Assembly (NCBI GenBank): GCA_965227775.1
Contig: OZ245777.1
Location: 2,464,001-2,528,000 of the forward strand
From: Phycisphaerales bacterium
GTDB taxonomy: Bacteria > Planctomycetota > Phycisphaerae > Phycisphaerales > UBA1924
DNA: 64,000 nucleotides
Direction: 5' to 3'
The translations under genes were made by a program, and so were the position numbers. Shown here in pieces: positions 17,290-27,077 of this stretch. The notes below the pieces were generated by a model that was not told the origin of the DNA, made no database searches, and saw only the letters and a program-made list of their open reading frames with translations. Position 1 is the stretch's first letter, and every line of letters starts with the position of its first letter.

Positions 17290-19305
17290 TCAGTTCTCTT
17301 CCGAGGGCTTCGTACGCAACGCGAACAGGTCGTCACGATCCAGGATCGCCGTCTCGACGCCCCGCGGGTCGAGTTTCGCCGTCGGCGAGAGCGGCGGCAG
17401 CAGCGGCATCGTTCGCACCCTTTCGGTGCCCTTGCCGTCGCCCAGCACGTCGAACAAATACACGTTCTGCTCGGTCCGTGGGTGCGGGTTCAGCCCGCTC
17501 AGCGTGTCGGGGTCGAAGAGGTAGACCGTCATGTAGTGGAACAGCGGCACCATTGGCAGGTCCTCGTCCATCGAGATCCGCTCGGCCTCGCTGAGCAAAG
17601 CCATGCGGCGTTCAGCGTCGAGTTCGACCGCGGCCTCGTTGAGCAACTGCTCATACCGCGGATTGTGGTACTTGCGGTCGTTGTTGCCGTCATCGATGCG
17701 GTTGATGTCCAGGAACGTCGTCGGGTCGCCGTAATCACCGTACCACCCCGCCCTGCTCACCATGTATCGCTGCTTCTTCAGGTCGTCTCGGAAGACCTTG
17801 ATTTCTTTTTGGGCAAGCCGCACGCTGACACCCAGGTACTCCTGCCAGTTCTTCTGCACGACTTGGGCGATCAGGTCGTGTCCACCGTCCTTGTTGAACA
17901 GGATCTCGATCGTCGGCACGTCGGCCGGCGTGGCGTAGCCCGCGTCACGCAGCAACTGCCGCGCCTCGGCCACGATTGCCTGCTTTTCTTCCTCGGTTGC
18001 GGCATCGCTGATGCACCGCAGCCCATCTGGACTCGTGTAACCGGGGATCGAGCCCTTGGGTATGAGCGTGCGCGCCACTGGGTTGCCCAGCCGCTGCACA
18101 TCCTGCACGATGCTCTGCTTGTCGACAGTCATCGCAAAAGCACGCCGAACACGCGCGTCGGAGAACGGGTTGCGCCGCCCGTCGGGCAGCGTCGGCAGAC
18201 AATTGAAGTTGTACCAGTACGTGCCGAACGCGGGGACCGCGTGGATGTCCTTGCGAGGGTCGTCCGGCAGCCGCCGATCGATCTCGAACATGTCGTGGCC
18301 CTCGGCCTTCAGCCGGGTGTATTCCTCGATGTTCTCTTGATAGAACGCCATCTTGTCGGCGAGCATGTCGGCCCGGTACGCGGGCGTCACGTCGCTCACC
18401 CAATCGACCACGCCCGACGTATAGGCGAGCACTGCGGCATTCGGATCGTTGATCGATGGGGTGCTGATGGTCTCCAGATTCAGCGCCTCTCGGTTCCAGT
18501 AGTGGGGGTTCTGCTCGAAGCGCATGTCCCGCTTGAATCGCCAACTGGTCAGCATGAAGGGGCCATTGCTCACGAGCTCCGGCGGCTTCGTCCAGCCGGT
18601 CTTGGCCTGGATGAGGCCGGTCTGTGCATCCACGCTCTCGTATTGTCGCACAAGGGGGGGATACACCGGATAGAACACCGCGAACGCGAGCAGGTCGAGG
18701 AAGTAGGGCGTCGGCAGCTTAAGCCGCACCCGAAGTGTTTGGTCATCGACGGCTTCGAGCGCCACCATCTCGTCGAATTTGGCCTGGGCTTCTTCCCACA
18801 GTGCCTCGGCCGCCAGCCGTCGTTCCTCGCCGGTGAGCGGGCTCTCGCTGAACGCATCGAGCTGATCTTGCCGCCAATCGGCAAACTCGGGTGCGCCCTC
18901 GATGAGTTGGAACAGCTTGGTGTAGTCCGCCGCAGTGTCCGGCAAGATCGCCCGCCGCCAGCTGTACACAAAGTCGCCGGCCTTCACGGGCTCGCCGTTG
19001 CTCCAGAGCGCATCTTCGCGAATGTGGAATGTGTACTCCAGCCCGTCGTCGCTCAATTCCCACCGCTCGGCGGTGGCGGGAATGATCGCGTAGTCGTGCG
19101 TGAACACGTCGTTGGCGACCAGCCCCTCGAACAGGATGCGGGCCACCCGCAGGTCCTGCATCCAGCTCATCTTCTGCAGGTCGAGCGTGTTGACGTCGCC
19201 TCGGTTCACGAACGCAAAGTCGGCCCGGGGCTTCGGCCGATCGGTCACGAGCGTGGCCGCCACCACGAGCACCAGTAGGATCACGGGCGCAAGGATCTTC
19301 AGCAT
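17290..19305 (-). CDS. oppA: Oligopeptide ABC transporter substrate-binding protein (OppA-like, SBP family 5)
   Basis: LFEGLV, AERWELSDDGLEYTFHIREDALWSNGEPVKAGDFVYSW, SNGPF, VRRAF, RAGWYGDYGDP. Confidence 0.93.
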   Translation of the reverse strand: MLKILAPVILLVLVVAATLVTDRPKPRADFAFVNRGDVNTLDLQKMSWMQDLRVARILFEGLVANDVFTHDYAIIPATAERWELSDDGLEYTFHIREDALWSNGEPVKAGDFVYSWRRAILPDTAADYTKLFQLIEGAPEFADWRQDQLDAFSESPLTGEERRLAAEALWEEAQAKFDEMVALEAVDDQTLRVRLKLPTPYFLDLLAFAVFYPVYPPLVRQYESVDAQTGLIQAKTGWTKPPELVSNGPFMLTSWRFKRDMRFEQNPHYWNREALNLETISTPSINDPNAAVLAYTSGVVDWVSDVTPAYRADMLADKMAFYQENIEEYTRLKAEGHDMFEIDRRLPDDPRKDIHAVPAFGTYWYNFNCLPTLPDGRRNPFSDARVRRAFAMTVDKQSIVQDVQRLGNPVARTLIPKGSIPGYTSPDGLRCISDAATEEEKQAIVAEARQLLRDAGYATPADVPTIEILFNKDGGHDLIAQVVQKNWQEYLGVSVRLAQKEIKVFRDDLKKQRYMVSRAGWYGDYGDPTTFLDINRIDDGNNDRKYHNPRYEQLLNEAAVELDAERRMALLSEAERISMDEDLPMVPLFHYMTVYLFDPDTLSGLNPHPRTEQNVYLFDVLGDGKGTERVRTMPLLPPLSPTAKLDPRGVETAILDRDDLFALRTKPSEEN

Positions 19306-19351
19306 CGCACAGTGTACGACACCCGGCTCGCCGAGAGCAGCCCGACGGGTC

Positions 19352-20461
19352 CTAGTTGTCGGTGTTGAAGCGGTCGCGAGGCAGGTTGAAGTCGTTCAGC
19401 ATGACCGTCCAGAGGTTGCTGCTCGCCCGCTGGTAGCCATTGCCGCCGTCCTGCGACGCCCGATTGAAGTTTGACGCTAGTTCAAGTTGGCGGAGGCGGT
19501 CCTGCTTGCCCCGATCGAGCGGCAGGAGCGTGGGAATGGTGCCCGAAACCCGCAGGGCGGTCTCAACGGTTGTGCGGACCTGCTCGCTGCTGCCACCATC
19601 GATGTCCCCGGCACGCTCGGCCCGCACGTAGCGGAAGCCCAGGGCTCCTGTCTGGCCAAGCATCTCAATCAGTGCGCTCTGCCAAGTTGCCGACACATTG
19701 CCACGACGCTGGGTCACCTGCGTGCGAATATCTCCCATGGCACGCAGCAGCGGACGCAGCCGGTCACCCAGGTGCTGGTCGATCGGTAGCGTGTTGATGC
19801 GCTCACCGACCGCCGAGGTCAGCCGCTCGGCCGAACGGGCGCCGAAGCCAGGTATCGCCTGCTCGGGCACTGACATCGCCTCGATCATCGACTTGACCGA
19901 GGCATCCAGCAGGCTCTGGTTCTCAGTGGAGGCCAGCACGCCCGCGAGCGCGTCGACCGCAGCATTGCCAACCTGGCCTTGGAAAGCCACCGGGCCGATA
20001 CCGGCCACACGGAACGCGTAGCCAAGCCCAGAAACAGACGCAAAGCGGATCGCGACCCGATCACTCGCCACCTTCTCAGTGAGTGCGCGAACGGATCGGT
20101 CCGTGCCGAGCCATCCGGAGAGCAGCGAGGCGTTCACGCCGCGGAAGACGTCGTCTCCATCGATGGCCGTCTCGAGTTGGTTGGCCAACGCGCGATCCAT
20201 CGCCAACCGGAAGCCGGCAGACGTGTTGGCGTCCAGAAGCGGCGCGACAAGGCGGCGACGGGCTTCGCGGGCCTCCACCGGCGAATCACCCGACACCATT
20301 GCCCAGTTGCCCGAAGCCCACTCATCGATGGTTTGCTCTTCGGACGGGCTCAGGCTCGATTTCGTCGCCAGGCCATCAGGAAGTTCGACCTGACCGAACG
20401 CCGCGGCGCCGAACACGAACGCCAGCACGACCGCCAAGATCCGCGGCAGGGTTCCTCGCAA
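19352..20461 (-). CDS. Hypothetical secreted, mostly helical protein
   Basis: Signal peptide ending AAFG-Q; TTG start after AAAGGAG. Confidence 0.8.
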   Translation of the reverse strand: MRGTLPRILAVVLAFVFGAAAFGQVELPDGLATKSSLSPSEEQTIDEWASGNWAMVSGDSPVEAREARRRLVAPLLDANTSAGFRLAMDRALANQLETAIDGDDVFRGVNASLLSGWLGTDRSVRALTEKVASDRVAIRFASVSGLGYAFRVAGIGPVAFQGQVGNAAVDALAGVLASTENQSLLDASVKSMIEAMSVPEQAIPGFGARSAERLTSAVGERINTLPIDQHLGDRLRPLLRAMGDIRTQVTQRRGNVSATWQSALIEMLGQTGALGFRYVRAERAGDIDGGSSEQVRTTVETALRVSGTIPTLLPLDRGKQDRLRQLELASNFNRASQDGGNGYQRASSNLWTVMLNDFNLPRDRFNTDN

Positions 20462-20591
20462 GGGCTGGCTCCTTTACGCCAAACGCAATCCAGAAAGCGG
20501 GGCCTGCATGGCCCGGGCACAGATCGGCATGAACAGCCGGCAGAGGCTGTCCGGTACGCCAACCCCGGGCCTCACGGTTCCAGGGGGCCCA

Positions 20592-20620
20592 AACCTAGTC
20601 GAACTGCGGCCCACCGTCAA
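20592..20620 (-). promoter_or_regulatory. Sigma70-like promoter for the gene ending at 19352 (~125-nt 5' UTR)
   Basis: TTGACG-N17-TAGGTT. Confidence 0.6.
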
Positions 20621-20677
20621 TACGACCGTGTGACCAAGCTCCCGCTCGCGATCCCAAGCAAAAACCGTGCAAGAGGC

Positions 20678-21655
20678 TCAATATACCTCAAGGAACATCC
20701 GCCGGCTCGGCTTCACCTGGCGGTGCACCATCTTCCGCGTCCACTCATCCACGTCCCCGGCAACGGTCGGATCGATCGTCAGGTATCGCCCCACCCATTC
20801 GGGTGGCAGCGTCTTGGCCATGCCCTGGACGATCCCAAGATCCATCCCCAGCAGCCCGCAGACGTAGACCAACCCGCGATCGCTGCACATCAACTCACCA
20901 AGCGCACCACGATCGCGCTCGAGGCGATCCTGCACGTAGCAACCCGGAGAGGCATCCCGATGCGCGTGCCGGCTCACTGTTGGGAGGTACGTGAACCGAT
21001 CATGGGTCTCCGCCAGGGCGCAGAACACGTCGTCATAAAGCAGGTCGGTCTCGTACGGGGCACCCATGACCAGCGCGATCTTGCTCTGCGACGTGTTCTT
21101 CAGGAGGTCGAGCACCATGCCACGGAACGGCGCGATGCCCGTGCCCGTCGCAAAGAACACGTAGTCATGCTTGTCGGGCCGGGCCGGCAGCACGAATCGC
21201 TTGCCGTTCGGACCGCTGAGCTTGAGCTCATCTCCGGGTTGGAGGTCGCACAGGTAGTTGCTCGTGACCCCCAGGTGCAGCCCCGGGCCGGCCGCGTTCT
21301 CATCGATCAGCCGCTTCACTGTCGTCGCGATGACGCCACCGTTGCCATCCTCGCCAGCCGACGGGGACGCGATCGAATACAGCCGCAACGCGTGCGGGCG
21401 GCCCCGATGGTCTTCGCCCGGCGCGTGCACGCCGAAGCTCTGCCCGGGCACGAACGATCCAGCCAGAGGTGTGTTGGAGACGTCGACCTCGATGTGCCGC
21501 ACAAAACCTGCCGCCCGGCTTCCCGCCGTGCAACGCTCGTTGCGCGTAACGATGCCCACCACGGGGGCCTTTGGGCCTGCGATGTGCATCTTGACCTCGG
21601 CGAGGTCGGGTCCTGGATCGATGTGCGTCACGTCTGCGGATTCGGCGGTCGTCAT
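20678..21655 (-). CDS. Ferredoxin--NADP+ reductase (plant/plastidic-type FNR family)
   Basis: RLYSIAS, GVTSNYLCDL, ATGTGIAPFRGM, YVQD, YVCG, C-terminal EVY. Confidence 0.9.
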   Translation of the reverse strand: MTTAESADVTHIDPGPDLAEVKMHIAGPKAPVVGIVTRNERCTAGSRAAGFVRHIEVDVSNTPLAGSFVPGQSFGVHAPGEDHRGRPHALRLYSIASPSAGEDGNGGVIATTVKRLIDENAAGPGLHLGVTSNYLCDLQPGDELKLSGPNGKRFVLPARPDKHDYVFFATGTGIAPFRGMVLDLLKNTSQSKIALVMGAPYETDLLYDDVFCALAETHDRFTYLPTVSRHAHRDASPGCYVQDRLERDRGALGELMCSDRGLVYVCGLLGMDLGIVQGMAKTLPPEWVGRYLTIDPTVAGDVDEWTRKMVHRQVKPSRRMFLEVY

Positions 21656-21705
21656 ACGGACCAATGGTAGGTTTCCGATCGCGCGGTCAGTGCGATTTCG
21701 TCGGT

Positions 21706-23130
21706 TCAGCCACCCATTTCGCTGCCGGATTCATCGGAATCTCCAGCAGGCGTTCCCCCGTCGGCTGGCTGCTCACCCGACCAGTCATCGTCGCTCGCGC
21801 TGCTGCCGCCCAGGCGCTCGATAGCGCGATCGAGGTTGTCGGCCGCGTCCTGCAACGCCGCTCGAGTGTCACCCTGTGCCCGCACTCGGCGCAGCCCGCT
21901 TGCGGCCGATTCGTACGCCGAAATGGCGTCGCCCTTCAGCGAATCGGCCCGCTGGGACAACTGATCAGCCAGGTTGCTCAAACGGCGGGCTTGATCACCC
22001 TGGCCGCGATCGGCCACACCACTGAAGATGCTGGCAGTCTGGGAAAGGCTGGCGGCCCGTCGAGCGAGCAGGTCTCCGAGCGACCGTGATGCACCCGCAG
22101 CAACCAAGGTGCCGTCAGCCACGTCTGCGTTCGCGCGACGGCCCGTTGAGACTGCCTTCTCCAATGCTTGGCGAGCCTCGGTGAGTGCAGCCTGAGCCTC
22201 GTCCTGGTGGAGTGCAGAGATCTCGCTGGCGAGTGTCGCGAGTTCGGCCGCGAACTCCTGAGCCCGTTCGCGGGCCTCGCTCGATTCCATCATCGAACGC
22301 TGGGCTTCGGCCGTCACCGCAGCACCGGCCTGGCTCAGGATGGCCAGCCGAGCGTCGATTGCCGCGATGCGAACATCGAGTGCCTCGATCTGCGGGCCCA
22401 GCACCGATCGTCGGGCGTCAAGATTACTTGCCTGCACCTCCAACGCGTCCGCCCGGCGGCCGAGCTCACGGGCCTCGACCGTTGTCTCTGCGGCAGCGAT
22501 GGGATCCTCGCGGAGCGCGCGATCACGCAGCGTGCTCTCTTCGCTACGGATCGACGACACCTCAGACTCGAGATCGGCGATTTGCTGGTCGAGCGTACCG
22601 ACCTGCCGGATCAACTGCTGCTTCTCGGCCTGGGCATCGCTGAGCTGCTGCTGCAGTTGCGAGGACTGCTGCTCGATCTCGGAGCGCTCGGGACCGGGAT
22701 CGTAAGAGCCCAGCGCCTCGGCGGTCTGCTGCGCCGAGACACGAGCGGTCTCAAGCGAAGTCATCCGCGTGAGCTTGCGGCCGATCTCGTGTTCGATGCG
22801 CGCCAGTGCGGTCATGGCCGGCCGGGCGTTGCCGACGGCGATCTCGGCGGTCAGGATGGCCGCAATCGCCTTCTGGGCATCGCTTCCGTCACGGCTGGCG
22901 GCGTCGAGCTTGCCCGATGCGATGCGATACTGGGAGGTCGCGAAATCGTCGCTCGCTGGCGGCACCGAGCCAGGCGAGATCGTGCGGATCTGGATGGCCG
23001 CGTCCGACAGTGCCGTAGCGCTGGGGTCTTCCTGCTCGCAGCCGCCGAGCATTGCCGAGCCCGCGATGCCCGCCAGGGCCACGAGCGCCACGATGCCGCG
23101 ACGGGAACGATCTGCCACGCGAGTTGCCAT
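21706..23130 (-). CDS. Hypothetical coiled-coil lipoprotein
   Basis: RRG + hydrophobic stretch + LGGC lipobox; long heptad-rich helical region. Confidence 0.82.
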   Translation of the reverse strand: MATRVADRSRRGIVALVALAGIAGSAMLGGCEQEDPSATALSDAAIQIRTISPGSVPPASDDFATSQYRIASGKLDAASRDGSDAQKAIAAILTAEIAVGNARPAMTALARIEHEIGRKLTRMTSLETARVSAQQTAEALGSYDPGPERSEIEQQSSQLQQQLSDAQAEKQQLIRQVGTLDQQIADLESEVSSIRSEESTLRDRALREDPIAAAETTVEARELGRRADALEVQASNLDARRSVLGPQIEALDVRIAAIDARLAILSQAGAAVTAEAQRSMMESSEARERAQEFAAELATLASEISALHQDEAQAALTEARQALEKAVSTGRRANADVADGTLVAAGASRSLGDLLARRAASLSQTASIFSGVADRGQGDQARRLSNLADQLSQRADSLKGDAISAYESAASGLRRVRAQGDTRAALQDAADNLDRAIERLGGSSASDDDWSGEQPADGGTPAGDSDESGSEMGG

Positions 23131-23237
23131 CCAAACGCCTCCAATACCTGCCGGTGGTGCGTCGGCACCTCGCCGGGTGATCTGCTTCGTGCGTCTTCTG
23201 TTCGCCCGTTGGGGGCGAGCGGTTCTGAGCGGGCAGT

Positions 23238-24599
23238 CTAGGGCGGGCCCTCATCGCCTGGCTTAGCGACGGGCGACTCATCCGATTCCGGCTCGTCGGC
23301 GTCACGCTCGGCCTCAGGCGGATACTCGATGGGGTAGTCCGGCCTCGGTTGGTAGAGCGATCGGATCCATGCGGTCGTCTGGCGCCAGCGGGCGTCTTCG
23401 GCCCTGGTGAACACCGGGCGCCAATCGTCCCCATCGCCGCGGTCGGACGGCACCTCGGGGTGAGGGAACCGCGAGCCCTCACGTCGGAGGCCTAGGTGCA
23501 GCAGTGGGCTGTTGTCCGGCTCTTCGAGGTCGATCAGGGGCGTGCCATCAGCAAGCGTTGCCCGCGTCAGCACCAGGAAGTTGGTGTACGCCTGGCCCTC
23601 ACCGCGCGGGTTTCGATACGCCAGCCGAAGCGACCCGGCCTCGACGCCGCCATGGCAGCGCGAGGTCGCGCAGCCTGCAACCAGCCAGTCGGTGACGTCC
23701 CTTCGGAACATTTTGACCGTGGCTGGATCGTCGAGCACGCGCACGCGGTCGTAGTACTCGCGTGCCTTCAGCTCGAACATCAGCCGCAGCACGTCGATCG
23801 GATCCCCAGCGATCATCGCTTGGCGACCCTCTGGCGTCTGCGGCACGCGAGGATCCTCGCGATACGCCAGCAGGAATTCCTGCGCATCGCGCGGAGAGAT
23901 TCGGACGCGCGGCGGGTCGAGCAGGTCGAGCTCGTACACGCGAATCAGGTTGACCTGTTCGCGGTTCAGCAGCGGCAGGGGCTTCTCGCGTTCGCTTGGC
24001 TCGCGAGCGATGCCCTTGCCGCGCTGCTCGAACAGCGCCGCCATGCCGCGCATCCGACGAAGCAGCGCATCCACGCGCGGGTCGCGGGGTCGATTCACAG
24101 CGAGCTTCGCGGCCTCATAGTGCGCGACGTGGTAGAGCTCCTCGCCCGCCAGCCACTGGATCAATTGCTCGATGTGGCCCACGTCGCTGTCATCGATCTC
24201 GTCACGCCACTCTCGGTATCGAGTCGAGAGATCGGGCAGGCGGACCAACCGCAAGATGCGGGATTGGCCGAACGTCGTTTGGATGCCCGCGATCTTGAGG
24301 GTGACGCTGTCTGCGGTTTCCGACACCAACTCGCCGTCGACAAATTCACCGTTCCGGAACATCAACCGCACGGGCGAACGCAGCCCCTCGGCTCCCGCCA
24401 TTTGCTCGAGCGCCTTCTGCCGAAGCGACTCGAGGTCGCCCGCCCGGCTTGCCTGTTGCATGGCGTTCCGGACTGCGCCGGGTAGTGGCATACCTACGAA
24501 TGCCGGGTAGGCCGCCGCGAGCGCGAGCGCGAGCCCAAGGGCGACGCTGCGTCGTGCACGGCTTTGCCTGGTTGATTGGGGAGGGTTCGCGTGCGTCAA
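23238..24599 (-). CDS. Hypothetical exported/membrane-anchored protein with a CxxxxCH motif
   Basis: TTG start 6 nt after the mraY stop; N-terminal hydrophobic helix; GCATSRCHGG. Confidence 0.8.
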   Translation of the reverse strand: MTHANPPQSTRQSRARRSVALGLALALAAAYPAFVGMPLPGAVRNAMQQASRAGDLESLRQKALEQMAGAEGLRSPVRLMFRNGEFVDGELVSETADSVTLKIAGIQTTFGQSRILRLVRLPDLSTRYREWRDEIDDSDVGHIEQLIQWLAGEELYHVAHYEAAKLAVNRPRDPRVDALLRRMRGMAALFEQRGKGIAREPSEREKPLPLLNREQVNLIRVYELDLLDPPRVRISPRDAQEFLLAYREDPRVPQTPEGRQAMIAGDPIDVLRLMFELKAREYYDRVRVLDDPATVKMFRRDVTDWLVAGCATSRCHGGVEAGSLRLAYRNPRGEGQAYTNFLVLTRATLADGTPLIDLEEPDNSPLLHLGLRREGSRFPHPEVPSDRGDGDDWRPVFTRAEDARWRQTTAWIRSLYQPRPDYPIEYPPEAERDADEPESDESPVAKPGDEGPP

Positions 24600-24605
24600 G
24601 GGTCC

Positions 24606-25775
24606 TCACCGAAGCTTGATGGATGCCAGCGCGAGCACCAGCAACAACACCCCGACGATCCACAGCCTGACCACCACCTTGGGCTCAGCCAGCCCACTCA
24701 GGTGCAGGTGGTGGTGGAACGGTGCGCACAGGAAGATCCGCTTGCCTTGCCCCGAACGCTTCGTCCACTTGAAATACCCGACCTGGAGCACCACGGATGC
24801 GATCTCGAGCAGAAACACCCCGCACATCAGCAGGACGACGACCTCTTGCCGGGTCACCAGGGCCACATACCCGAACAGGCCGCCAATCGCCAGAGAACCG
24901 GTGTCGCCCATGAAGACCTGGGCCGGATAGCAATTCCACCATAGGAAGCCCAGGCACGCCCCGAGGAGCGCACCGGCAAGCACGCCGAGTTCCTCGGCCC
25001 CTGGCACATATGGCACGAGCAGGTCTTGGGCGGTCGCCTGCCAGCCCGCGATCATCGCCAGCACGACGATGCCCGCGGACGCGATGGCGCTCAGCCCGCC
25101 CGCGAGCCCATCCATGCCGTCGGTCATGTTCGTCGCGTTGCTAAGCCCCGCTATCAAGAGCGTGCCCAGCACCACGAACACGCCCAACGGCAAGAAGAGC
25201 ACGCCCGGGTTGACCTCACCGCTGCCCGGGAGGGTGGTGCGCTGGAACGGCAGGTTCAGAACGTGGGCGAAGTCCTGCCCCGACCCGTGGCGGTACACGA
25301 AGTACGAGATCAGGGCACCAACGCCGAGCTGGAACAGCAGCTTCTCCCAGCTGTGCAGTCCCTGCCGCCCGCCCTCGCGCCGCGAGGCGAGCATCTTGAG
25401 CACGTCGTCGGCAGCGCCAACTGCCGTCAGGCTCATCATCAAGAGCAGCCCGGCATTCACGTAGAAGTTGCTCAGATCACCGAGCAGGATCGTGGAGACG
25501 AACACTGCCGCGCTCGTGAGCACACCGCCCATGGTGGGAGTGTTTTTCTTCGAGGCCGCACCCCGCCGGAGCGCTTCGGCATCGGTCAGGCCCGAGTCGC
25601 CGATCTTAAACTTCACAAGCTGAGCGATTGTCGGCTTGCCAAAGAAGAGCACAAGTGCGAAAGAGAGCACCGCCGCCGCCAGCGCGCGAAACTGCTCCTG
25701 GTAGAAGACGCGCAGCAGCGTCATCATCCACTCGGGCAACGCCCCATCAAGCAAACTGGTCAGCCAGTAGAGCAC
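24606..25775 (-). CDS. mraY: Phospho-N-acetylmuramoyl-pentapeptide transferase
   Basis: KKNTPTMGG, ADD, SNATNMTDGMDGLA, PAQVFMGDTGSL, APFHHH. Confidence 0.97.
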   Translation of the reverse strand: MLYWLTSLLDGALPEWMMTLLRVFYQEQFRALAAAVLSFALVLFFGKPTIAQLVKFKIGDSGLTDAEALRRGAASKKNTPTMGGVLTSAAVFVSTILLGDLSNFYVNAGLLLMMSLTAVGAADDVLKMLASRREGGRQGLHSWEKLLFQLGVGALISYFVYRHGSGQDFAHVLNLPFQRTTLPGSGEVNPGVLFLPLGVFVVLGTLLIAGLSNATNMTDGMDGLAGGLSAIASAGIVVLAMIAGWQATAQDLLVPYVPGAEELGVLAGALLGACLGFLWWNCYPAQVFMGDTGSLAIGGLFGYVALVTRQEVVVLLMCGVFLLEIASVVLQVGYFKWTKRSGQGKRIFLCAPFHHHLHLSGLAEPKVVVRLWIVGVLLLVLALASIKLR

Positions 25776-25778
25776 CCG

Positions 25779-27077
25779 CTACGCCACCGGGGCCTGTTGC
25801 AAGGCGTCAAGCAACCGTTCAAGTGCCATGCCGCGGGAGGCCTTCAGCAGCACTACGGCGCCCGGGCGAACATGCTGCCTGACAGCTTCTTGTGCATCCT
25901 CCACTGTCTCAAACCACTCGCCCTCTCCCGCGGCTTCGAGTGCCGACAGAGAAGCCGGCCCGATGAACACGCACGCATCGGCGGAATCCCGAGCGAGGCG
26001 GCCCATCTCGCGGTGCCACGCATCCGAATCTTCGCCCAACTCGAGCATGTCTCCCACGACGGCGATCGTGGGCCGGCCAGCGCCGACTTCCGAGAGCGTG
26101 CGCAAGGCGGCGGCCATGGAATCCGGATTCGCGTTGTAGCAGTCCACGAGCACGGTCGCGCCGCTAATCTCGCGAACGGCCAGCCGCATATCGGCGGGTT
26201 GGAACGACCGGAGCCCCGCTTGGATCGCATCGTCGGCAATACCGAGATGGCGACCGACCGAGACTGCCGCTGCCGCGTTCGAGGCGTTGTGCAGGCCGAC
26301 GACCGGAATCGACCAGTTGCTGCCATCCGGCAGGTCGAATTGGGTCTCACCCGTTGAGTGCCTCGCGTGCGCGGCCGTGAACGTTGCTCGCCCGCTCTCG
26401 TGCAACCAGACATCGAGCTCAGCCACAAACGCAATGCACTCCGGTCCGGTTGCCCGAAGCGCTTCGTGGAACTCGGCTCGCACGGACTCGATGCCACCAA
26501 GCTCGCCGACATGCGCCCTGCCCACACTCGTGACGACGGCGACGTCGGGCCGGGCAAGACCGACATATTTCACGAGCGCACCCGGCTCGCCCTCGCCCAG
26601 TTCGCACACCAGCGCTCCGGCATCCACCGGGCAGTTCAGAATCGTGAGCGGAAGCCCAAGAGCGTTGTTGAAGGATCGCTGCGAGGCGTGCGTTCGCACT
26701 GCTTGGCTCAGCGCAGCCGTCACCATGCGCACGGTCGTCGTCTTGCCGTTGCTGCCCATGACCGCAACCACGCGCGCGCGGAGCGTCGAGCGGTACCACG
26801 TGGACAGCGCCCACATGGCGGCTTGCACGTCCGGCACAAGGAGGACGCCCAGACCGTCGGGCGGTGAAACTTCTCGCTCAACAACAGCCGCCCTCGCGCC
26901 TCGCTCGACCGCTTGATCCAGGTAGTCGTGGCCATCGACCCGTGTCCCCGGCAGGGCGAAGAAAATCTGGCCGGACTCGAGTGTCCTTGTATCGATGCTC
27001 GCGCCATAGGCAACACCATCGGCTGTAGACAGCCAGCGTCCATCGAGCAACTCTGGCAGGCGATCCAGCGGGATCAT
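25779..27077 (-). CDS. murF: UDP-MurNAc-tripeptide--D-Ala-D-Ala ligase
   Basis: IDTR, DGHDY, GSNGKTTT, SFNNALGLPLT, DCYNANPDSM, GDMLELG, LKASRGMALE. Confidence 0.96.
   Translation of the reverse strand: MIPLDRLPELLDGRWLSTADGVAYGASIDTRTLESGQIFFALPGTRVDGHDYLDQAVERGARAAVVEREVSPPDGLGVLLVPDVQAAMWALSTWYRSTLRARVVAVMGSNGKTTTVRMVTAALSQAVRTHASQRSFNNALGLPLTILNCPVDAGALVCELGEGEPGALVKYVGLARPDVAVVTSVGRAHVGELGGIESVRAEFHEALRATGPECIAFVAELDVWLHESGRATFTAAHARHSTGETQFDLPDGSNWSIPVVGLHNASNAAAAVSVGRHLGIADDAIQAGLRSFQPADMRLAVREISGATVLVDCYNANPDSMAAALRTLSEVGAGRPTIAVVGDMLELGEDSDAWHREMGRLARDSADACVFIGPASLSALEAAGEGEWFETVEDAQEAVRQHVRPGAVVLLKASRGMALERLLDALQQAPVA

Noticed and set aside
20657..20672. Sigma54-like site TTGCACGGTTTTTGCT on the minus strand
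   Set aside because: It lacks the essentially invariant -24 GG (TG instead), and a good sigma70-like promoter lies just downstream.
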